Shown: positions 25,126 to 38,027 of the stretch, piece by piece
Numbering within the stretch: the first letter of the stretch is position 1
Layout of the letters: the number at the start of each line of letters is the position of its first letter
Source of the DNA: Cycas panzhihuaensis
Taxonomy: Eukaryota; Plantae; Cycadophyta
Assembly: GCA_023213395.1 (NCBI GenBank)
Contig: CM041465.1
Location: forward strand, 26,047,741-26,111,740
Direction of reading: 5' to 3'
Length of the DNA stretch: 64,000 bases
Notes under the pieces: generated by a model
Seen by the model: only the letters and a program-made list of their open reading frames with translations
Database searches by the model: none
Told to the model about the DNA's origin: nothing
Position numbers and translations under genes: made by a program

Positions 25126-28100
25126 TAATGGAAATATAGGAGTTAGAGGAAGCAATAGAGTGCAACAAAGGGCAAATCAAATCTCTAGTATAATGGTGGT
25201 GTTGATAAACATCATGGTCTTTAGACCTCTTAAATAAATAGATGGGAGTTGAGCAAGAACCTAACGTCTACTATTGACTGGTGTTTAGAAACACCATTAA
25301 GAAATCCACTCAAATGATAATAATATTTCGTTAAGTTAGCTATACTAAGTCCTACACTGTCATGTGTCGATATTAGCCCTAATGGGTAATTATCCAACAT
25401 TTCTCTCCTATAATGCCCATTTGGGGAGACATCAAGCTTATCTTTGAATTTGTTAAACTTAATATTTCCAACTACCTTAGTAAAAATATCAGTGACCTAC
25501 TCTTTTGTGCTATAATAAGTCAACTCAATTTTACCTACCTAAACCAATTCTCTGATGAAATGATATTAAGTTTGAATGAGTTTCATTTTGCCACAAAAAA
25601 ACTAAATTTTGAGTCATTTGTATGGTAATTTGGTTATCACATAACATTTGTATGTGGCCATCTTATTTTACTTGTAAATCCTAGAGTAGTCTTCTTAGTT
25701 AGACTATTTCATAAACTCCTACTATTGTTGCTTTATATTTTACTTTTGTAGTAAACAAGGATACTGTGCTTTATTTCTTTGAACTCCAAGTTGTTACTGC
25801 CAAATCCAAACTGAAGGTGTAGCCTAATATAGAATTTTTGTCATCTATATATCCTGCCCAATCTAAATTTGTGTAACCAATTAATCTAAAATCACCCGAT
25901 GACCTATAATGAAGTCCATGACCAACTGTTATTTTCAAGTATCTGAGGATCCTCTTAATTACTTGCCAATATGTCATTTTAGGCTTGTGCATAAACCTGG
26001 AGATTACACTAACTTCATACATGATGTCCAACTAAGTTGAAGTTAAGTAAATCAAACTACTAATCAATTTCCTATAAAGTGTAGGGTCAATTGATGCAGA
26101 TTCTTCATACTTAGATAATTTTACCCCAACTTCAGCTCGTGTAAAAAGTGCCTTATAATTACTCATGTTAAACTTATGTAATAAGTTTAGAGCATACTTC
26201 CTTTGGGAAATAAATATTTCATTCTTATTTTTCCAAAATTCTAAGCCTAAGAAGTAGTGCATAAGTCCTAAATTAGTCATTTTAAATTCCTTACATATGT
26301 CTTCTTTGAATTTTTGGGATAAGTGAGGATCATTGCCTGTATAAACAAGGTCATCAACGTATAAGCCCATAATGAGTATCAATCTTCCTTCTATCTTGAT
26401 ATATAAATTAGGATCAGATTGACTCCTTTAGAATCCTTTATCTTTAAAGTACATACTAATCCTAGAGTACCAAGCTCTAGGTACTTGTTTAAGTCCATAC
26501 ATGACCTTTTTGAGTTTATAGACCTTGTGTTTTTCTTCCTTTATTTCAAAACCTTCGAGTTATTAGACATAAATTTCTTATTTTATGTATCCATTCAAGA
26601 AGGCACTTTTAATATCGATTTATTGAACTATCTAACCCTCTTATGTGTCTAAACCCATCATCAAATAAACTTTCTCCATTCTTGCAAACTATTGTAAATA
26701 TCTCATTATAGTCAATACTTTTAACTTATGCATATCCTTTGACAACTAATCTTGCCTTATATTTGTTGATTGTTCCATCTATATTTGGTCTTATAGACCC
26801 ACTTTGTTCCAATTATATTTTTATTTAGTGGCAAATGAACTAAATCCCAAGTATCATTTTTAAGTAAGGCATTATACTCTTCATTCATGGCATCTTTCCA
26901 TTCATCTTTTGTATTAGCCTCCTCAAAGTTATGAGGCTCATTTAGTTCCATTACTTAACTCATCAAGGCAAAGTTAACTCTTTAAGAGTGAATGGTTCTT
27001 CTCTTAAAGTAGTTGTCTAAAATATTCAAAGGATCATGACCCCTTTGAACCCATTTTGAAACTTTTTTATTAAACGTAAAGGGTATTACTTCATTTGGAC
27101 TTGGTATATTTGTGGACTTAGAATTTGAATCAATTTCAACTATAATCTTATTTTCTTTATCTTTTTCAACTTCTTCTTGATAAGATTCATCTTCCTTGAA
27201 GATGACATCCTTGCTTATAATTATCTTCTTTTCTTTTGGATCATATAATTTAGAGGATCTAAAAACATCACAATATCTTATAAAGATCCATTTGGTGCTT
27301 TTATCATCTAATATTGTTCTTCTTTGTTTTGGAATATGGGCATATGTTAAGCATAAAAAAATCTTTAAGTGTTGTATACTTGGCTTATAACTTGACCAAG
27401 TTTTCTTTGGAGTGACCCACCTAACAACCTTGGTGGCACACCTATTTAATAAGTAGACTACTATATGTATTGCTTCTACCTAAAATTCATATCCAAGTTA
27501 CTTATCCTTCAACATACTTCTGGCTATTTTAATAATAGTTCTATTTTTCCTTTCTATGACTCCATGTTATTGTGGAGTATAAGGATTGGTGAGTTGCTTC
27601 CTTATACCATAGTAGTTATAATATACCTTAAATGACTATCTAATCTAAGGGTAAGAATTCTAAGGTCACTTTATTTTTCAACCAAAGTTTTGAAGTGAAC
27701 AAAACATTGAAAGATATTTGATTTGAACTTGATAAAATATACCCAAATCTTTCTAGTAAAATCATCAATGAAAGTGATGAAGTATTTTGTACTACCTAAT
27801 GAAGGTACATCCATAGATCTATATAAGTCTATATAAACCAATTAGAGAGGGCCTTGATCCCTATAACTATCATTTAAAAAACTTTCTTTGTTGTTTCCTA
27901 AGAATGTATACTTCATAAATTCCTTTACTTATTTCTATAGTGGGGAGTCCAATCATGATCTATATCCTTTTCATCAGTGCCAATATATTATAATTTACAT
28001 GGTCCAACCTATCATGCCATATTTCACTATCAATATTGGTTGAGACTTTTAAATCATAAGACTCTGATAGAGGAATGACTAGTTTGAATAGTCTATCACT

Positions 28101-30607
28101 AGTCATTTAACCCATTGTTATAACTATTTTGTTCCTTAACTTATCTTTGATTATATATTCACCATTATCAAAGATGAACTCATAGTGTTGCTCCATTATC
28201 TAACCCACTCAGAGTGGGTTCTTCTTAAGAGCTAGAACATATAAAATATCATTAATACTTCGTCTCCTTTGATTTAATACTTATGGATATGTTTCTATTT
28301 CTAATAATAGCATGGGTAGTATTATCCCTAAATATGATTCTTCCTTTCTTAGACTTATCAATTTCTTTGAACAATTCTTCTTTATGAGTCATATGAGTTG
28401 AACATCTTGGATCGATGCACCAACTATCTTCCTCTTCACTAGCCACTAGACTTGAAAGAAAAAGTCTATCATTGCCTCTATCTTCAATTGCTATGTTGGC
28501 AATCCCCTTTTGAGTATTTACATTTTTAGCAAAGTGATTTTCTTCTAAATATTCCATTCTATGGCAAATGGAACATTGGATAGTTTCTCTTCCTCTTTCT
28601 CTTTGACTTTGACTTTTTTCTCTTAAAGTTGCTCTTCCTCTTCTAAAGTTTTAGCCTTATCCTTGGCCTTGAAAATTTCTTTGTTCTTGCCCTTGATAGC
28701 TTTGTTTCAGTCCTTCAAAACTTCCTTGACCTTGGAATTTACCTTGTCTTTAGTAATTTTAAAAGTTTTGTAGGATTTACCATTTATTTCTTCCTTTTCC
28801 TCTAGAGAATTGGCCCCTTCTCCTAGAACTTTGTCCTTGAAAATTTTATCTTATTCTTACCATGGTAGAAAAGCTATACTCAAGTGACTCATTGCCCTCT
28901 TTCTTTTCCTCAATAGCTAGGAGCATAGCACTTAATTGATCAATTTTAAGTATGTTAAGGTCTTTGGATATTTTAATAATAGTTGCTACCATTTTAAATC
29001 TTTTAATTTCTCTAACACATCTCAAAATCTTTTCTACAATTCTTTGTTTACTTATTACTTTACCTAAAGACCTCATTTGATTCACCAAATCTTATACCTT
29101 GGTGATGAATTCATTTACTCCTTCCCTAGGTGTCATCCTTAGATTTTCAAACATACTCTTAAGTGTTTATAACATGGAGGATGTTGCTCCTTTATAAGTC
29201 ATTTTAAGGGTGTGGAAAGCTTCCTTAGATGTTATAGCTTCACTTACTCTAAGAAAAATATAATCCTTTAGAGTATAAAATATAAGTGTCAATGTTTTGT
29301 TATCCTTCTTGGTGTTCTCTTATTATCTCTTCTTTTCATCTTCATTAACAATTTCATCAATTTATTTATATCCTACATAAACAAGCTCGTACATGTCTTT
29401 TATAATAAAAATAGACATTATACATTAACTCCAATTGAGAAAATTTGATCCATCAAACTTAGGTACAACAACATTCCCAAGATTTATTACCATTATGAAA
29501 AGAAAATTATGTTGAAATGTAACTCAAAGTGTAAAGTGCTAGAAAGTAAAGAAATATAACTAAAACACCAAAGAAAGACAATATAAATGCACTCAACAAA
29601 CATACTATGTCCTCCTTCACCTCCAAGGCGTACACAAATGTCCTAATTAGGACTCCAACCATTTTAATAAGCAATAACTTTTATTAATGAGTACTTACAA
29701 TATATTTTTTTACTAGTTTATATAAGGGTCGTCATGTAGGAAGCCCTTTACTAGTGCCCTTTTAGAGATTAAAAATAATATATAAAATGACTACATTTTA
29801 TTTTTATTTTTTTTCATACCCTTATAGACAGTAGAAAATGGAGTATAAGGCTTTAGATAAAACTCAATTCTAATACCATATTATAAAGTTATAGATTAAA
29901 ATATTTACTGAAAAATACTTTTTAATAAAGAAGGCTAAAAATTATAATGCTTCAATTTTGCTTCTGAGAAAGTCTATTAAATCAGATCCAAAAGTGGTTG
30001 TGCGACCACTCATCTTGATTGAGTATGAGTGTACTTCAATCTGGTGTAGACATAACTATTTTTTAACCTTGTTGGAGAAAGTGCTTTGGTGTAGACATAA
30101 CTATTTTCAACCTTGTTAGTGAAAGTGCACCTATCTAGAGTAGAGGTAGGTACTAGTTTTCAATAGGATATTATAAAAAATATGCTTGGTTTCCTTTATA
30201 AAAAATAATCTTAGTCACTTTATGGCTACATATGGAAGGACTTCAAATATATCTCTAGGTGTGTAGATTATTTTTGCAATAGGAGAGCTCTTGAGCAATG
30301 TTCCAACAATGTTCTGATAGTGCTCTAATACTAAATAATGGAAATATAGGAGTGAGAGGGAGTGACAAAGTGCAACAAAAGGTAAATCAAATCTCTAGGA
30401 TAATGGTGGTGTTGATGAATATCAAGGTCTTCAACCCCTTGAATAAATAGATGGGAGTTGAGTAGGAACTTAATGTCTACTACTGACTAGTTTTTAGAAA
30501 CACCATTAAGAAATCCACTCAAATGATAATAATATTTGGCTAAGCCAGTCGCACTAAGCCCTACATAGTCATATGCTGATATATGCCCTAATATGCATTA
30601 TTTAACA
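25126..30607 (-). mobile_element. Full-length Ty1/copia LTR retrotransposon, degenerate
   Basis: LTRs 25126-25399 and 30336-30607. Perfect TSD AGAAA (25121-25125, 30608-30612). PBS rc gctctaatacta at 30322-30333. PPT rc of tttctctccta at 25400-25410. Confidence 0.93.
25430..29493 (-). pseudogene. gag-pol: Copia gag-pol pseudogene
   Basis: Gag VPKFDGSNFLNW and IVEKILR. Protease WCIDPRCSTHMT. Pre-integrase WHDRLDHVN. Integrase ~27300-27900. RT EPHNFEEA...WDLVHLP, LYVDDLVYTG, LGLMHYFLGLEF. RNase H DWAGYIDD...WSSKK...CDNQ. Confidence 0.92.
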
Positions 30608-33600
30608 AGAAAACCCCTTCTTAGGTTCACAACATTTCCTTACCTCTTAGAAAAATGCCTCGCCTTTGAAGTATGGGTAGAAAAATACTGTACCTCTAGA
30701 TGCCACCTATTGCTACCAAGATATCAAAGGTGCTTGTGCTATCTATGTGTTGATGTGTGGAAGAAGCATAATTGGTTTATGCTTTTGCTTGAGATAATAA
30801 GTCATGCATTAACCTTGTGTTACTCTTTATAAAGAAATGATATGTAAATGGATAATTGTTCCATCTAAATCCAAGCTTGGTGAAGAAACGAGGCATGAAT
30901 GAGATGTGTAAACCATTTAATAGAGAATCATGTTGTCCAAACTCAAACTTGGAAAACACCATCATGTTGTGAATGGAGTTGTTTGATTAATGACATATAA
31001 ATATATCTTTCAAATTGTTGTGAATGGAAGTTATGAAATTTCCTTATGCTTTAAATTGTGGCTTCTCTTCCTTTATTAAAGGTCCATGTTTTAGTACCAT
31101 AGTAATTTCTTCTTTCCTTATTAAATTCTTTTTTATATCTTCTTATCGAGTATAAATGTGCTTCTCTATATTATCATGTGATTTTAAATCTCCCATGAAT
31201 GAGTGAATGTGATGCTACATTATGTTACTCTTAATTAAATGGAGCTAATTTTTGGCTTTTAGTGTTGTGTTTAGGTGTTGTAGCATAGTGATAAAAATAA
31301 TTCAGTATTACATTAAACCTTTAAAAACTTTCACCAGAAATTTTATTTCAAGCAATAAATTATCTTATCTTTTCTTTATTTTCCACCAAATTGTGGAACA
31401 AGTTGTAAAGTATTGACTCTATATGTTTGCTTGTAAAGTAGAATTTGTTTGTAGACCTCTATGATCCTTAATGGCAAAAAAAGTAGTCTTGTAGCTTTTA
31501 GATCCAAAGTTATGGTTTTATGACCCTTCCTTTAATGAAGTTGGGTATATTTTTCTTATTTGAAGTGTTCTAGTTGATAAAGACCATTTAGAGAAAGCAA
31601 AGCACATGATAATAAAAATATGGCACACCAACATATGAGGAATTTCCACAAGAGCTTTTTCTATTTGTAGAGTCTTAATGAAAATACTCCCTCCCTCTTT
31701 TTACACTTTTCTTCTTTTTATCTCCTCTTCCCTGGTTCCCTTTTACCCCTTTTCATGTTTTTGGCATAAAATGATATCAATACTTAAAAATTTAGGGGAA
31801 AAGGACAAAATGTAATGACCAAGGACTCTTGTTAGAAAGCTAATTGAAATGAGGACAAAAGAAATATGGGTTTATGTCTTGTAAAGGGCTTAACTTTAGT
31901 AGAATATGAACTCATGTGACTTAAGATTTAAGTATAAATTATTCAAATATCAAAGTAGAAAATTTTAAATCAGATGATGATGGAACATAAAATTATCCGT
32001 GCCTACTTAGCTTTACATTTCCTAATTCTCTTATTATGCATAGGTGATGTTGATTTGCAACATAATTACACTATAAAGGAGTCAACAATTGTTCTAATGT
32101 CCTCTCTTTACATTGCCTCCAACATTAGAAATGAAGATCTGAGCTTCAATATACCTTAACATTTAGAAATGCAACAACAATAAGGGTTTTCTTAGCTAAA
32201 GATAAAGGAATCTCCTATCCCCAATTCAAATCATAAGGGAGATGATAGATGTGAGTGCCAATATGTCACATGTATCATACCCATATGAACTAGTAGAGTT
32301 TTCACTCAATTTTGAACTTTGTGATCACCATAACATCATAGTTGAGTGGAGGGTATTTATAGTGCTAGTGAGTATTCTCCACTGTGGTTATATTTACTCT
32401 AAAGATTGAGGGTTCTTAATGGGTTTTTCTTTTTAAGCTCTCACATAGTTCTTTCCTACTATCACCACCTTATTCACAATCATTCAACTTTAAAGAAGGT
32501 TATGATGTCTTATGGCTTTAAGTTTGAAGGTAAGGGAGATGTGACATTTATACCTAATAATTGCCTCTTATGTAATGATGTTTAAGTTTGCTAAATTCTT
32601 GGTTGGTAAACTCTAAGTTACAACATGGAATAAAAATGCCTCATCCTCTATTTATTATTATTTTTAGTAGTTTACCAATGTTGGAAAATATAGGGCTATG
32701 CAATAGACTAAAGAGTATATTTTTAATACCATGTTGAAATATGATAGGATTGTTGTCATGCTTCAGTGATGGGTCATTGTAAGAATAGGGAGATAGTAGA
32801 AAAATAACAAGTATTAGAGTGATAGTTTAGGTTAACTACTTATGGTTAATGTTAAGTGGTGATTAATTTATGTTAAGTCAAAGTGCTTAAATACCAAGAG
32901 TTGTAACCATTGGTTAATACATAGTTTGGAGTGTTATTTAAACCTATTTAAACCCCTAGGTGGCATTTGTAATATGGGTCAACTATATCAAGGAGGATGC
33001 ATCAATCAAGGTTAGCAAAAATACAAATAACCATTTTTCCTAATTTTTTTTTTTTTAATATAAACTTGTATACTATATACTTATACTCTTTAATGTATGA
33101 TTGTATATATATGATCAAGATCCTAGTTATTCAAAAATGTATGATTATAGTTTCATGTTTTTTTACATGACACCAGACCTGAACGAATGTACGTAGTTGA
33201 GTCTATGATTAGGTGAAGGTGATAAGATCAACAGTTTCTTGGTAATACTGGTGAGAACCTTGCTTGCAGTAACTTTAATCTTCTTTGACAACTAAAAGAG
33301 CATCAAAATGGTGCAATGGTGATTAAAGAGATGGAATTCACTTGTCATTAAGATTTTACCTTTATTTATAGTTATAAATCAGTTTTGGGCATTATTTGGA
33401 TTGTGTTAAGCTTGTGTTGAAGTTATTTGGGGTTGGTTGGGCACTCAAATTACGTATTGGGCCATATTTAAAGATGATTTGACAATGGTAGGCTACATTA
33501 GGCCCATTCTAAGAGTGTTGGGTTTTATTTAAAGGTCATTAGAACACATTAGGAATTAGATCTTGTACTTGGACAATAGAGAGGTTGTGGATCATAGTTT

Positions 33601-35061
33601 TTTAGCTTGTGTTTGTGGTGTAGTGATGCATTCTATTGTATATGGATGTTTAAATACTTGGTTTCAATCCAATTCTCTTATTTGAAAGTTGTTGGTTCAT
33701 TTATATATATAGAATAGTCATACTTAGAGCCATGTGTCATGGTATGAGGTTGTATGACAATAAGATAGTGGTGGGCAACTTTGCATAGATTATGTTACTT
33801 CTTTTAAGCCATTATGGGTATGTATAAGGTCATGGCTTATGCATCAGATGTGAGCATGATTGTGGAGGTGTGCCATTTAAAGGAGAAGCTATAGCAATTG
33901 AAATACAGTTGATGACATTAAAAATGCATAAACTAATATTTTAAAGGCTTATGACATACATAATATATTTTATAAAACTTTTTACCATGTGTTTTAAGAG
34001 CCACGTGAGTGAAAAAAATCACATGAGAGTGTTTTGGGAAAGCGTCCTTTTTTGAGAAAGGATATACTCTTTTTAAAGCGTATATTCCATTGTTCAAACT
34101 TAGATATAATTGTTCAATGTTAATAGTTAATAATTAGGATGCCCTTTGTGTTAGATATAATGCTAGTGGGAATGCTAACATGGTGCATCACAATTTATTA
34201 GAGATGTAGTGATTTATTATATTTTTTCTTAAGCTTACAACCTTGGGTTATAATATCAATTATTAATTACTCATCTTCATGTGTTTTTTAAATCGCGTAT
34301 ACCTTAAAATCTACACCCACATCTCTTTGAGGAAGCCATTACATATTGGAGTAAAAATTCTTTGTTGTTAAGTGATTTTTTAATTACTAGTTCGAAGTAT
34401 GGAATTGAAGCATCAAAGAGTGGAGATGATTTTGAGAATGATGGAAGTCATGCGAAGCCAATTTGGAACTTGTTTTAGAGGCCATGCTCATTACATAAAT
34501 ATGCATGAAAAACACTATGATATGGCTAGACTGTATGCAGATTAGTTGTGTTGAAGCCTTGTTCTAACATAGAGATATTATATGATGATCTTAGTTGATG
34601 AGAGCTCATTTTAGAGCTTGTTTAGAATGTAAACATGTATTGTAGTGCAGCATGTTGTGTGTGTTTAAGAGCCACTATGGGTGGTGTGATGGTTTACATG
34701 TTTATTAGATAAGTGATAATGTTATGCTTGCTATTTTCCTAAAAGCATGTAGGCAAGTGAATTAACAAGAAAATTTCTTTTAAAAGATTATGATGCATAT
34801 GAAGGCCAGTGTCAGACATTTGGAGAGTGTGAAGTTATATATGGAGTACAAAGACTAGACACATGAAGCATGAGGCTATGTATGTAGTATGTAAAGCTAA
34901 TATGAAGCATGGAGCCTATGTATGAAACATAAAAGTCATGTGTTGAAGCATTTGACTGTTATCCTATAGAGTATTTGAAGGGGTGTAAACCTTCAAAACA
35001 TAATCAAAATTCATGTCTTAAGCTATCATAAAGCCATTCAAGATTTAGATTGTGTGGCGTG

Positions 35062-37862
35062 TGTTTCCAGGTTACTAGGAATGGGTATGGGTGAGTTGAC
35101 TCAAGTAAGTATAGGTACGCTTATATCCCTTACCATTATCAGTTCTAGGAAAGGTTGATTAAAGCATTGCATCTACATCACACGATGATTGACTTATCGC
35201 ATAACCACTATACATCCATTGCTTGACTGCATTGCATCTCAGCACTTTTCAGCCAATGACAATCTAGGAATGTGTATCCCATGGCGCTCCATAACCCTCC
35301 TTCGTGTCTCCACAATGTTCCCAAGTACCACTTGGCCTCCGTAGCCCAATCTTATCACCTGTCGATGTATCACGACCCCTAGCACCTCACCTAGGCTCGG
35401 TCGGCATCCTCCACTTATTTGTTGACTTTTCTTGGCACTTCTTGCCTTTAGTACCTGTCTATTAGTGGCTTTCCTAAGCCCCATAGCCCTTTCCTACCAC
35501 CTGGATAGGGTGTTATGCCACTTTAGGCCTGAGTTCCCCCATTTTTGAGCTTCCAAGCTTCTCTCTCTTTTTTTTTTTTTTATGTTCATGCTGCACCATG
35601 ATAAACTTTATGGTACCACTACAAACTCTATAGTACCACTAAGTTTACTGCAGAGCGACTGTCACAATTTATTTTTTAAAATCTTCCATGGCTAATTTTG
35701 CATTTATTACAAAATTTCCATGTGGTAGTGACTTATTCCCTGCCCAGGACGAACCCTAATCACTCGATTGAGCTAGGGTTAGGTTTAAAAACCCAAAAAC
35801 AACTTCATTTTACCTCTTCTTAGCTCTCTCACTTAAGTTTTTCATACTATTATCTTCAGAAATGCCTTGCAATAAGAAAAGTCTATTATTAACAATTTTT
35901 CAGCCAGCCACCAACCCTCTGTAGCTCCAGATCTATAATAATAGGCTTGCACCGTGGCCAACAAAGAGAAGGACACACTCTAAGTACTTCATCAAGTGCA
36001 GATCTCCCATCTCACTCCAAGTTTCTCTCAACTTACTGCTCCTTTGGGGTTTCACCTACAAGCCTCATAGGGTTGGTTGTTTTCTCTCATTCCTTAGGTA
36101 GATCTGCCTATGATCTACCCATAATAGGTACCTTTAGACTAGCAACTCATTTCCTTTTCCTTTAAACAATACAAAAGTTAGTTGCTAGTATTTTCTCTCT
36201 ACTTTTCCACCATAAACGGGAGGCAAACCCTCCCCTTCCTACTTGTTTCCTTTTTCCTTTTGGTTCCTTCCTAGTTTCTCTAAGGAGGTAGTGAGAAAGA
36301 GGCACTCATAGGAGAGTGAAAGGAGCAAAGGCAGGGTTTTGCACCTAGCAAGCCTTCTCCTCAAGGGCAACCCCCTTCTCTCCCTGCCTCTTCCTTCTCC
36401 GTGCCTCCCTTGGGTTTCTAAGAGGCTGTTGGTAAGGAGGTCGCTGCTGGAAGTAGCATATGCAGCCCATTAATGCACTTGCTACTAGTCTTGCAGGCCC
36501 TACACAAGTGGGATTTCAGCCCCATCTCACACCTTGCTTGTCTCTTGGTGTTAGGATTCTTTGAGGTTGAAAAAGCTATATTTTGCAACTTTTGCAACAT
36601 TGGCGATAAATGCAACTTCATCCACAACTTGTTGCTTGCATTGTCCCCCATCTTTCCAACCATTATTTCTTTTTGGTTCTTTAAGTTATAAGATAGAACG
36701 GTAATTATTTTTGTTTTTTTTCTTTCTTGCAATACTTTTTTTCTCTTTTTTATTTCCTTTTGACTTGGGGAAAGGTAAGGGAGTCCCCACCCCTCTTCGC
36801 CAATACCATTCTATTGTGCCGCCCATGGTTGGGGTAGAACGAGGAAAGCAAGTACAATAAGGGTAGCTCTACTATCAATTGCCTAGCTCTAGGTACATCT
36901 TCTGCTTCCCTTGATCCTCCTCTCCTTGCTTCCTTCCTTTCGCTTACACATCATTTAAGGAAAGGAAACGAAGAAGAACTAGTTTAGGCCATTTGTACTT
37001 TACTAGTTTGCTTACTTGCTTGATAAAGTACATGTAGCTAGAATCCTACACATTTACATGCCTACTTGGTTGCATTACTTGTTGAACTTGCATCTTTTGT
37101 ATATGTCTCGCATTATATAGCTACCTTGTTATCTCTCTTTCTTTCGTGTTTAAAGGATAATGAGAGCGAGGATATATGTGTGAGAGACAAATGAGTGAGA
37201 ACTTTGTATAGTTTCTTTACTTAATGATTTTTTGAATTTAAGGACACATTATTGTATGCACCACACCTCCTCTACACTACTGGACATCATAACCGACAAG
37301 CATAAACCTTGAGACATTCCTTTCATTGGTTCCTATCCTTAGGATCCTTTTGGATTCAACACCTTAAGGGCACTCCCCTTTTAGGTTGCTTTCCTTATCT
37401 TCCCTAGCCATCTTAGGTAGACTACCTTAGCGCGGTCTTTAGGTTGATACCTAACATGTGAGCCTAGTCACCCCACTAACTCCTTACGTATGTGTTATCT
37501 CTTGTTTTCTCCTTACTTTACCAAAACACTTCCTTCATACCCCCTTTCCTACGTGAGAAGCCATCCTCGTGCTCATCTTTTCCTTAATCCTTCAGCCACC
37601 CAAGGATGGGAGGGCCCTTCTCTTTAGGATTACTCGGGAAACCAAGGATATCCCTTGCATACTCATCACTCCTAATCAAGGTAGAGTTACCTTAAAGAAA
37701 GTTCACGCGCCATTTGTAGGTCCTGAACTTGCATTCCAATGCACAGATGCCCTTTGTGGGTGATTCTTTCACTTACCCCATAAGATCCTTAGCCTTGTAA
37801 CCTCTTATTATTTCTTTGATCTTATCCAGGTGTAGTTACCCCCCCCCAAAGGTGCGATTCTA
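35062..37862 (+). repeat. 5' LTR of Tat element (2801 bp)
   Basis: Colinear with 49617-52720 (e.g. tcccttaccattatcagttctaggaaaggttgatt). Lacks a ~330-bp segment present in the 3' LTR. Confidence 0.93.
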
Positions 37863-37863
37863 C

Positions 37864-37881
37864 TGGTGACCATACTAGGGA
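37864..37881 (+). promoter_or_regulatory. Primer binding site, tRNA-Arg-like
   Basis: TGGTGACCATACTAGGGA lies 1 nt after the LTR and resembles TGGCGAC...ACTGGGGA Arg-type PBSs of Tat/Ogre elements. Confidence 0.6.
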
Positions 37882-38027
37882 ACCGTCAGTAAGGGCTTAA
37901 TCCTCTCTCCCTTTCTTGTTGGTGCTACCTCATTTTCTAGTAGCTCTCCTAAATTAGTTGGGTAGCCCCCAATGCTTACTTCTTACTATCCTTTATTTCT
38001 TCCTTCCAACCTCTAGGTGGAACTTGT

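Noticed and set aside
35239-37763. Short ORFs within the Tat LTRs (also 49987-52728)
   Set aside because: Not preserved between the two LTR copies, and no domain motifs.
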